Under the pieces are notes generated by a model. It saw only the letters and a program-made list of their open reading frames with translations, had not been told where the DNA came from and ran no database searches. A stretch of DNA of 62,702 nt, the filler included, from Choristocarpus tenellus KU-1152 (lineage: Eukaryota; Protista; Phaeophyceae): NCBI GenBank assembly GCA_964200185.2. It is 9 parts of 9 records of this genome, joined end to end, with 100 filler letters (N's around TTAATTAATTAA, not from the genome) between each part and the next. Parts side by side here need not be neighbours in the genome. Positions count along the whole stretch, not along the records: positions 48,907 to 58,185 come from CAXNAD020003821.1; positions 58,286 to 62,702 come from CAXNAD020014650.1; 7 more parts are not named here. One strand, given 5' to 3'. Shown here piece after piece: positions 52,039-62,702 of this stretch (position 1 is the first letter of the stretch; every line of letters starts with the position of its first letter). The translations under genes were made by a program, and so were the position numbers.

Positions 52039-53140
52039 CTCCGTGAAAGGAAACTTGTTCCGCCCAGCAAAGAGTGCGATGGCAACCTTCCAGGCCACCT
52101 CTCCGTGGCTTCAATATTCCTTAGACCTCTGGGGAACAGTTTCAGGAATAGATTTAACTGTCTGAGATGGCCGCTCTCACTTTGGGGAGTAGGGGCTTCG
52201 GATGAGGATCACTCATTGATACGCATCGTCAGTCTTTCCCATGTCACAACATTCGGATCAATGGAACTGAGGATATGACACATAATACACAAAAAACACG
52301 TGCGTTTTCTTCACGTTATTTGGTCATCTCGTGGCAAAATCTTCCTGCTCAAGCTCTCTATCCTCAGCTTCCTGATAGACCAGTCTATCAATACATTCTT
52401 CGACAGGTCTCTCTGCCTTCCACTGAACACTATAGGTATTTCATTTCCAGTTGTATATGACAAGAATCAAAAAGAGAAATTCCAAGGATACCAGCCATCT
52501 CCTTACAGCGCGTGACGTATAGCAACGCGTGACGGTTGAGACAGACGCAGTCTCCAGTCTGTTTTGCTTTTCATCCGTTGTCTTTCATTAACTCTCATGT
52601 ACCTTCGCCCTTCGCCCAATCCATTAAACCACTACTGTTGTACAATGGTTGAATCGGGTTGGGACGGGAATCCGATGGCTTTCCGTCAGACATTTAATCG
52701 CTATGAGAATGTGTTCGTCGTGAAGCGCACCTTCCTCTACTCCTTCCTTTGCGTCGTTCGCTACTGCGATAATCGAAGTTCTGTCATTTGTTGTGGGTTT
52801 GGATTTTTTCGTAGAGATGAACGTGGTTGTTTGGATGATTATTGACAAAAAAAGAAACAAAATTAGGGAGATCGATTGATTAACTATTGGAAAGTTGAAC
52901 TGTCCGAAACGGAACATGCGGTGAAATATTTGCCTTTTCGACCTTGGCCCTGACTCCCTTCTCCTAAGAATGTTACACGCAGGTTTGACCTGCTCAGAGT
53001 GAGGGATCCTACGTATAGTCATGACCAAGGGTCGCGAGAGCATTTATTGTAATTGATCTCTGGGGTTCCACTTTCCCGCGATCGAAGATCAACCAAAATT
53101 ACCATCACGAGCCTTCAATACCACTACATCAACTCCTCCC

Positions 53141-54377
53141 TTGCCAGTACACCTTCCGTCCATGGATAATCGACATCGTGGGCGAAAAGCTAGAAAGCGA
53201 CCTTGTCAAAATGCCAAAGACGAGGGCAGGATGTTCCCAGCTATTTCATGGAAGTGCCCCAGCTCTGCTGCGTTGCGCGAAGAGGCAATGGCCGAACTTC
53301 TCAGCATCAAGGGCAACCACGAAAAGCGACATGTGTGGTTTGGAATGGCGTTCTGCCATGAAATTCAGTTTTGATGAAAGTTTGTTGCCACCACAAATCC
53401 TGTAGCTCATCGAACAAATTGTGATTTTTCCTAAAGCTGTAGTGACTGTGACGCCCCGTGTTCCATGTGTTCCATCTCCTTTCGAACACCTGGACCTACA
53501 GGTGAGAGATCATACAGGTGGTGTTCTCGCTCGTTGTAACAAAACACAGCCCCTCCAGCACCACGACTAAACCCTGTACCAACATATTGTCTCTGCTTCT
53601 CATTGACCCGAGCAGAAGGGAACTCAGAGTGCGTACTTGGCAAGGGTGAAGGTCGACGTTGTGGAGGAAGCTCGAGAGCGCTGGATGCAAAGACGTGCCC
53701 TCTTGAGATCGCGCAATATTACCCAACAAGAGAAACGAGAACTGAAGCTATGGTTCGAGAAAAGATTTAACCAATTCTATCACGGTCTCAAGCATGAATG
53801 ATATATTGGATCTTTGGGCAATGGTAAAAAGGCAATAGATGTTTCAATTATTGATTGTGTTATTGCACCTTGTTAACAGGGGTAGATCAATGTTACTGCA
53901 TTAAGGAAAAACCACTTCCGAAAGAACCACATCCGTCTTATAGAACTACCACTATCATTTTTCAAAACTCTTTTAGGACTTTAAGTTTAGGTTAGGGTTA
54001 GGGTTCAAAAGTTCGGGTGAAAAGGGAATAAGGATTACAGTAGTGATTCCCTAAGACAAATGTGGTTACGTAAGAGGCGGTGATCCTCCAGTGCACTATA
54101 CAGTACTTCTAAGAGTTATTCGACACTTGAGCATTGCCACGTTCATATGAATCGCATCTTATCTGCACGAGCAACCACCACTCCTTTCAAGTCAGGTTTG
54201 ATTGCTTGGACAATGATGGATCAGGAGAAATTAACTCAGCAGAACTTGCCAATCCTCTGCTGGCAACAGGAATTGCTCACAGCACTGGAGAAGTCCAGGC
54301 ACTGGTGAGAGGAAACCTTTGTTATTAACAGGGATTGATGTATCATTAGTTTTGTTTTAATTCCACTGAAAACCAAT

Positions 54378-54414
<37 letters not shown>

Positions 54415-57036
54415 TTTCCATTCAATATACTACATAAACTAATATGTTTGTACATTGACCTCAGCAACAATTTTCTCCATATTTGAGGACGAGAAGCCCT
54501 CCATACTGTGAGGGGCTACTGTATTTAGTATTTCTTGCTAAGAAAAGAATTTCTCAACTGGTCTGGTGAAGTTAGCTGGAGGACTGTAATTGGCTCTTGC
54601 ACTGATACAGTTTGTTCACATTCCAAGCATCTTAGGGGACTAAAGGTATTGGAAATTTAGGTATTCTAACTCACTCAGAGATCCAATCCTGAAGGTTTGG
54701 ACAACCGGGCAAATACACCCCTTTCGAAGCTTCAGTGCATCAGTCGCTCACAATATCATGCCCCTAAAGGAAAATTCGAAGTGATGCTCAGATTGTAACA
54801 TCAGAAGCACTTAAATCTCCTCTGAGTGAAGCACTTTTTTTCATCTTCTTTGTGTGGGTAGGTGCAGTCAACTCTCACTTTAAGATACACTCCCCCCTTC
54901 AACATCATATTTTACCCTCCTTCCTTTGGTGTGTGATCTGTGCTTCCAAGGTAAATCGAGTGGACAAGGATGGCTCAGGGGAGATTGGCTTTCATGAGTT
55001 CATTAACATCATGAAGCCAGCCAGCAAGAGGACAGGGGGCAATGAATTTTTGTTGGACAAGAACCACAAGATTCATAGACTCCTGAATATTCAGAAGAAG
55101 GTGAGTGCCATGGATCCCCTCTCCAATTGATTTCAGCTCCAGTGGAAAATCCTTTGGTCTTGGGAATGTTGAATTCAACGTGGTACCAACAACATCGATA
55201 AATTGACACTGATGTTCGAGCGCAGTCCCCAATATAGGGTACTAGAGTGATGCATACGGATTGTGGCAGATTTGTACACTACAATCCTGGAGTTGGTTCG
55301 CTACTCTTGATCAAGAAGTATCTCTACTGGGAAAAGGACTCACTTCAGTCGCATACGTCGACTTCAGTTGCTCATGTTCATTCTCAGTCCTACAATTTGG
55401 TGGGTCAAGGCTTGAAGACCTTAGAACTGATCGTTGCACGGGCCTTTCCTAGGTAGTTAAGATCGATGCTTTCTCAAGGTGAACAAAGCATGAGGCGATG
55501 TATGTTTCTCTCTCATTTGAAGATCTCCAAATATTGCCAGAATATCAAACATGGAAGAGTAGTTGAACCTATCAAGTAAGAAGAGCTGACTCGCAGCATA
55601 CAAAATGCATCCGAGCAGATTGAGCAATATATCTCCCGGCCTCCCGACTCCCACCAGCTATATCATGTGGTCCTTCTATGTATTGTACCTGCCAGAGAAA
55701 GAACCACATAAATTGCATGCCGCACAATTCTTTAACTCCTTATGTCCGTATGCATCACCCATGTGCTTTCCTGCCATTTTGGTTGGTCAGTGAAGACCCT
55801 CTCTGAACTGCTTTTCCCAAAAGCATCTCCTGCTCAAAAAACCATCTCCAACATGCCTTCGCTCAATCACAAATCAGTCTGCAGGATCTATTGGAATATT
55901 GACCATGATATCCATGGAGAGACGGTCACAGCTTCTTAATGCTGTGGTGGGTGAGGGATTATTTCAGATTCAAGCCCACAACGAACTGGAAAATATTAGG
56001 TAAGATTAAGAGAAAGAGTGTTCACAACCAAACAAAACTGAGAGCATAGATATTTCTAAGGAATCTCATCACAATAGCAAGGACTATACGTTGTTCTGAA
56101 ATACATCTAGGCATCATTGGTTGGGAGCACTTCTGCCACAGGTTTTTCTCCAATGATTGGTGCGCAAGAGCTTATTCATTTGGGAGTCTGCGACTAACTG
56201 AGTGAGAGGCATGGGTAGTGATTTGGCACGAGCCTAGTCTTGCCTATACGCACTCTTCTTAAACACAAATCAACAAATGGTCATGTCCACGATCATGAAA
56301 CATGTGTTACATTGTGTGAAGGTAATGTGGTCAATTGGAACCAACAGAAAAAGGCCCTGTCCTCAGAATACAGCAGTATCACACTGGTAGGCGTCCAATA
56401 CTCTACTGCATTATCTTGCTGTGTAATAGGAGAGGCGGGCAAAAAAGATTTGCATCCAATTAACAGTATTTGTCCCCTATGAATTGTTCAGCAGTTCCAC
56501 AAACGGCGAAAAGGCATCTTAGTCCTCAGAATAGTTTGTGTGAAGAAACTTTGTCCTGCCTGATGTAAGTTCCTGCCACGTAACAAAACTGAATTTTGAA
56601 AACGCTGAGCCCAACCACCTACGCGAGGGCTGGCTCTTCACCTCAACCACACTTTTTCCTGGAATCCAAAAGCGTCTGAAAAAGAAAAAAACGGGCAGGA
56701 AGGTAGTAAGTCAACGTTGCCGTAACATATTCTGTTGATCTCATAATGACCTCACCGCCCCCTTACCTGTCATCTTGGCGGTGCGTTATTCTTCTCTTTC
56801 CGTATGATGGGGGTGGGGGCTGCAACAGGGATGATGCATACCACCATGGAAACAAAGAGTTGCTGAGAGATATTGAAGCAAAAGAGGTGCGACTGAAACA
56901 ACGCCGGTGTCGAAAAAATGCCTACATCAAAGCAATCAAAAGTATAACTGACTTCAGCGAAGTTAGAGAATGTTCACAGTCAGAAGCCAAGAATTGCAGG
57001 GAGCATATGGACACCAACGCGCCCATGAGTCCATAG
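53141..57036 (+). CDS. EF-hand calcium-binding protein (two EF-hands), multi-exon
   Basis: ...QQEKRELKLW|FDCLDNDGSGEINSAEL... and VNRVDKDGSGEIGFHEFINIM are canonical EF loops. Probable last exon about 56830-57036. 5' end uncertain. Confidence 0.75.
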
Positions 57037-60000
57037 CAGAGGACAAGGACGGTGGTACAAGTTCCTGTGATGCTCAGGTGAGTTAAGTGAAACTTCTTGA
57101 ATTCTGCCGACAGAAAATAAATCTAGTTTCCTTGGGAAATGCAAGACCTGTATGACCAAGGGTAACACTTTCTTTTGGACTTACATAGTCCGAGTGGAAG
57201 ACCTTGGTAAAATGAGTGATTTCTTGAAATTACGAGGAAGATTGCTTGTTGTTGAAAATATGGATGCTTCAGAGGTCATTCTTCTATGGTGTTGCTGTTG
57301 GTCTACGAGTAGCCTTTCTATGAGTAACAACATTAATTGCCTGATACAGTCATATCATGTTCCTTGGGGTTGAACGGCATGGTGTGATGTACAATTATGA
57401 ATGCTAGAATCCACCAACATTCTGGAAGGAGCAGCAATGTGCAACGACCACTTTTCTGATAGCCCCCATCACATAAAGTAAAAAATGGTATCATAACATT
57501 GCGAAAAGGTTAATAGTATCGTGGGGGGAGTGGTGGCTGTCCATTCGGGGCCAATTTATCCATGTCATGATTTTGGGATGATTTGGTTGAATGCATCAGA
57601 TGGATAATGTAAGTGCACTTTTTTTGGTCAGGGCCCAAATGGACACCCTGGTGTAGACCCCCCTCACTCCCCCAGATATTTTGAGCCAAACCCCACGAGC
57701 GCATTGTCTCATATCCCTCACTGGACCTGCGAGTTGGCGTGAGGAAATTATTTCGTTTATCATGCATCATATTCCATTGGAAAACAACACTTTGAAATAA
57801 AGAAAGTGCAAATTTCCGTACAATAAACTAAGTATTATCTTGCTCGACTACTGTCTGACACTTGTGTGGAGCATCTTTTGAAATTCGCTAACTCTTCTAC
57901 ACCCAGCTTCATGTGTCAATTCCCATTTTTAAAAGAAAGTCAATCAGAATGGTGTCCAGTGGATGTAACGAGTGAAATTATCTTAGAGGGTACGAGTTGG
58001 CCCTGTTGTCAGTTTGGGGCTTGGCTCGCACGAGTTTTTTTATGATATTTTGCCTAATCCGACATGTTTTGGAGTAGTTAAATGGTATACGTTATGAAAA
58101 GGTGTGTCCGCAACAAAGGTATTGACACTTCCTAACAAACACGATAGCCAAAATTACATCCAAATCGCAACATTGGATTTTGGCCNNNNNNNNNNNNNNN
58201 NNNNNNNNNNNNNNNNNNNNNNNNNNNNNTTAATTAATTAANNNNNNNNNNNNNNNNNNNNNNNNNNNNNNNNNNNNNNNNNNNNTTTGAAGACCGTTTT
58301 CGCAAAAAAACCATCCTCATAGTCCCGCGCCATCCTCAATTTTGAGATTCCCCTGTTATTTAAAAATATTGGAAGACGTGTTAGGAACAGGTCACCTTTT
58401 TGGGGATATTTGATATTGATGAGGATAATACGCGCGGTCATATACATTTGCGCGCGTCAAGTTTTGCGATTAAGTGATGTGGTGTGAGTCAGACGCACGA
58501 CTGGCACGCGGTAACCCCTACATGAACGTGGATTCAAACCACCAAAGCCAAGATTGTGTTTTCTGTTCTAACTGGTCACAACCAATAACATTGAAGATTG
58601 ATCCAGTGTATGCCTCAGTCTCATCTTTCACTTCCTTTTCTGAACCTCATCTCTGGTAGTTCTCATCACCCCCCATCACAGAGAACCGGCCCCCATTACA
58701 AAGTAATACACATCTCCTAATTATATACCCTCTCAATAGCAGAAGACATAAATGCTACTTGTACAACGCGAACAACGGTCTTTGTTGACACAGTTCACGT
58801 ATCACATTGTTCTTCAACAAAAGAATCTAATGCCATACCTTCGTTTCAAGCCACACAAAACTCAATTCCGTGAACTGCAGCTCGAGAACGGTGTAAATCT
58901 TGATGAAGGAACACCAAAAAGCTTAATTGGAAGGGAAGGTCAAAGAAGGCTCGATGCTATCACTGTGAACTCATCACAGTGCGCTTAGACTGTCGTTTAC
59001 CCATGCCATGGATTAATTTCGAGTCACGCAGCACACCAATTCGTGCACCATAGTCAAAGAATGGCGCAAATAATGCAAGCAACACAAACCTGATATTCGA
59101 GGTGAGGGGAAGGCTGAAGAGGATCAAAATCGTCACAGCTAACAGTCACGGTTTACTTCAGCATAACGGTTTCCCTACATCACATATTCACATCAATCGG
59201 CACAACACTCAATTACATCAACCACAGCCCGAGAACGGCGCAAATTATCATGAAACACCACCCCACATCTAAACTGGGATCTGAGCCCTCCATGCCAGAG
59301 GCGGTTCTCAATCACTTCAGTCCCAGAACGTGCGCCGATTGGCTTCTACAGCCTGTCATGGTATCACGAAACGTTGCAAAAAGGTGCACCACATTGATAA
59401 GCTGCGCATCTAGTCTAAGGCAACATTGGCGAATGAGGATTGGCAGGTATCAAGCCCTTTATGCGAGGCTTCTCTCCTTCGTTTTGCGCTCGATTTGTGC
59501 TTCATGAGTTACTAGTATTGAAATGTGCAACAGGGTAGACTCTACACGAGGAATCTGATGATGACCTCTTCTCACTCTGATTCACCTTGTGGAAAGATAT
59601 CCACAAATAGAGTATACAAGCCTGGCCGCTTGGTGGTGTACATTGTATCAAGTGCACAGTTTTGATAACTTGATCTGAATCGTACTCAGTACACGAAATT
59701 GGCGACTGGACCTAAGAACCAGGGACAGAAATACTATATTTTTGTAGGTACACTATCATTTTATTGAGTGCGAGAGGTGGGAACGCTTCTTGACAAATTA
59801 TTGAACGAATGCTTTAATAGGTTTTATTGGGTTTGATGATGGGTGGGTACCATTGCCAATAAAAATCAACTGAATTTCCGAGGGATGAAATTGTAGCGAT
59901 GAGATACGTGTCAATACATGGTGGCAAGTCGTGTGCACCTTTCAGACTTTATCAACTATTTTATGGAAGGCCACTCTGTTTTGACCTGCAAAGTAGGGTT

Positions 60001-60992
60001 GTGCTTGACGGATTCCTGCCATTGACATGTCCAACAGGTGCAACTCTTCACGAGGAACAAGGTGGTGACCAACCTCCATTCTACTTCGTCGTGTGAGAAG
60101 GTATGTCATTGACCAAGTGTACCCATCGTCAAGGTTGGTAGAGTTTCTTTAGGGAGTGTCAGCTCCCATTACCATTGTTCTGCACGATGTTAAAACCTCA
60201 CACCCCTTGCCATTCCAACATCACACCACCAACTTCCTTTTCCGTCAAACCCAAATCCTTGTGCTGTCACAAGCACATCCACAAACAAACGAATGTGGCC
60301 ATTTTCCATATTAAAATATAGTTTTGATTTTGATTGTGATTATGATTTTGATTGTGAGTGTTTCTTCATTATTATTGTGAAGAACGGGTTTGTCTGTGGT
60401 CATTCCGTTGATTGCTGTACTAAACACCGACAAATTGTTCGAATTTTTTTTCGGAGGACTTTGGTTCAACTGTGGAGGATCCTCAGAAGGATAGGTTTCG
60501 GTGACTTCCTGTGATGCCTCTTCATGAGCACGTTTTTCCGAGGTGGATCTTCCATCTTTGAGTATATAAACAGTACCATATACCAGTTGGTCAATGAAAT
60601 CATCATCTCGTTTACTAATGTTGACAGTCCGTCCCTTGATACTGCCGTTGTAGTGGAGCTACTTGTACATTTCACGCCCGAGTTAGACCAGCACAAGGAG
60701 TTAGAACACCCATGTAATTGTATCGTCGTTGGCTGCTCTATCAGTATTCATCGATCAGCAAACACTAAACCCACTTCGGTTCATTTGGCAAACCCAACCG
60801 CATGTAGGGCTTGTATCAAGTAATACCTTGTCATTGGCTACTTGACCCCAATTTTTGATGAGGCACACCCAAAACCAATAGTGCTTTGAACACTGATTCT
60901 CCCTCGTTCAGTGAAGCTAGAGAGGCGTTGTACCAAGTAAGACCAATTCTTTCAAAGATGCCATGTTCTATCAGTCACAAGTACCTCAAATT

Positions 60993-61214
60993 TTAGACCG
61001 GTGTGCTTGTAACAGACCGATATTTTATAAAATGACCTGCTTTTTGTTCTGCAGGACGTTTTGAACTAGATCTCTTATTGCGCCAATTATATATTTGATT
61101 TGCTGTAATCCCATGTTTAGACGCTAGTTGAGTAATAACACATTCTGGATGATCTGATTCCAGTAATATTTGATCCTTTAATGTTGAGCTTATCGGTTGT
61201 CTCTGATTTGACAT
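60993..61214 (-). pseudogene. Bacterial IS transposase HTH fragment (HTH_Tnp_1 type; IS66 TnpA or IS3 OrfA-like)
   Basis: MSNQRQPISSTLKDQILLESDHPECVITQLASKHGITANQIYNWRNK...GHFIK matches the K.QI..E...P...V..LA.KHGI.ANQ.Y.WR pattern. AT-rich and intronless. Confidence 0.72.
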
Positions 61215-61319
61215 AATGTTTATATCCGCTTTTATTGATATCTCCGTTGAATCCGTCAGAACTGGGCAGATGTACTCTAGCTGAAGAAGCAATTCCAATA
61301 GAGCCTAGCACCGAGCCTG

Positions 61320-62702
61320 TTGGAAGGAACCTGTACAGAGCAAAACCCTGTACTCAAGAAGTGATTCACTCATGTGTTAACACCATAGAGGAGAAAGGCA
61401 TCCATTGAAAAACATCCCAGCCTTCGTGGTATTATTATCACCATCTTACCCAAGTCTGATTGCTCTACATGCTTCCCTGTGCAATATACCGCTCAACTGT
61501 TAACATCTGGGCCATAGAAAAAGAACATCTTGTGTTCCTTTTGCCATCTGCGCCTGAGGTGTGACTGATTGAACTGGTGGTTACTTCTCTACCTGAAAGT
61601 GATTATTGCAATGCAGGAGAATGCAAACAAACAGCAAGAGCACCAAGGACAACAAAAGTGAGTATGTGAATAAAATTAAACCTACTCTACAGGATTTTAA
61701 GACACATGGAACACACAAGGCTAATACTGCCATCATCGCCATGCATAATCTTGAGGTCTTCCCCTCATTAGAGAGAGCATCTGAAGTCATGATGTGTGGC
61801 AGAGGTCATTGATGCGACCTGGTACACACAGGAAGGTGCCCCGCACTCTTGCATAGCCTCAAGGTTATAAACAGAGACCCTGAAGCCACAATCTCGAGCA
61901 TAAGCCATTAATGTGAACATGATGAGAGTGAATGCATTTCCTCATGGTCGCAAGGTCCGTTCCTTGCTAGGGGTGTGGCGTCTGAGCAACAGATACAACG
62001 ATGTAGGCTCTTTCTCCCCAATGTGAGAGAAAGGAGATGGAGGTGAGTCTAGGCGTCCCAAGGGGCCAACAACAGTCCCATGTGGCGAGCTGAATATTCT
62101 CTCCGTTACAAAGAGACAAGATAGGACCTCTATGTTAAAAACGCTCCCACATCTTACGATGATGAGATATGCACCTCCAATCCACAGGTCAGTAAGCTGA
62201 AGGCGAGGCTCACAAACAGCACCAAAATAGAAATGTCATCAAACATGCTGGGTCTCTCACTTTGATTATTCACTTACTGCTTTGATTGGGGTATAGAGGT
62301 AGAACTGAACAAATATGGCATGGGCTATGTATGGTCTTACAATGACTAAATAATAGTCAAGAAGCACAACATATAAAATCTACTACCTCTGTGCCATATG
62401 TTTGTGCCGCGAAACATCTGGGCTCGCTGAGCGAGAACAGTGCCGAATCGGATGATAACCCCACAGAATGAAATCGGGTTGACAATCTCAGCTTTCAGAA
62501 AAGGTGGGGGTCGAGGATTTTCAGGTACAAACTCGAGGTGCTTCAAGCCGTCAAAGTAGGGGACTTTTGGGGTGACTTTGAGGCCAGAACTGGGCACGTC
62601 GAGGGTCAGAACATCAGCATGGCAACCCCCTCATCGACCCCCCCCCGTAGGGAGGGTGCCCAAGTATCCCTGAATACCAGGGTTGCACCTGCAGTGCGGC
62701 AT
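61320..62702 (-). mobile_element. Possible Copia-like gag/protease relic, with similar debris at about 58900-60800
   Basis: Weak motifs only (SATHIMTSDA, protease-like region). No intact ORF. Confidence 0.3.

Overview
Eukaryotic, intron-rich nuclear DNA. The transposon types, long introns and TTAGGG runs suggest a brown alga or related stramenopile; this is inference. Nine contigs are joined by an artificial 100-nt spacer (44 N + TTAATTAATTAA + 44 N), so adjacency across gaps is unreliable. Genes reconstructed by hand-splicing: the last exon of a URC4/DUF1688 gene; a 5-exon ~172-aa PAM2-motif protein with ERD15-like layout, head-to-head with a GT47/exostosin-type (RXYLT1-like) glycosyltransferase; a mitochondrial Tim44-domain protein (mL45/Mba1-like); an RWD-like + RING-H2 putative E3 ligase; the N-terminal part of cullin-1; a coiled-coil protein; and an EF-hand protein. 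The rest is mobile-element debris: Ty3/Gypsy relics, two mariner relics, an RTE-like LINE end, two copies of a restriction-like-endonuclease (CRE-type) non-LTR 3' end, possible Copia relics and several MITE families, one with GAG..CTC termini and 4-bp TSDs (Sola-like). The most unusual items are a bacterial IS transposase-HTH fragment inside eukaryotic repeat DNA, the ERD15-like PAM2 gene, and a repeat unit that flanks both RLE retrotransposon copies. I found no CRISPR array, rRNA, tRNA or clear multi-gene novel system.
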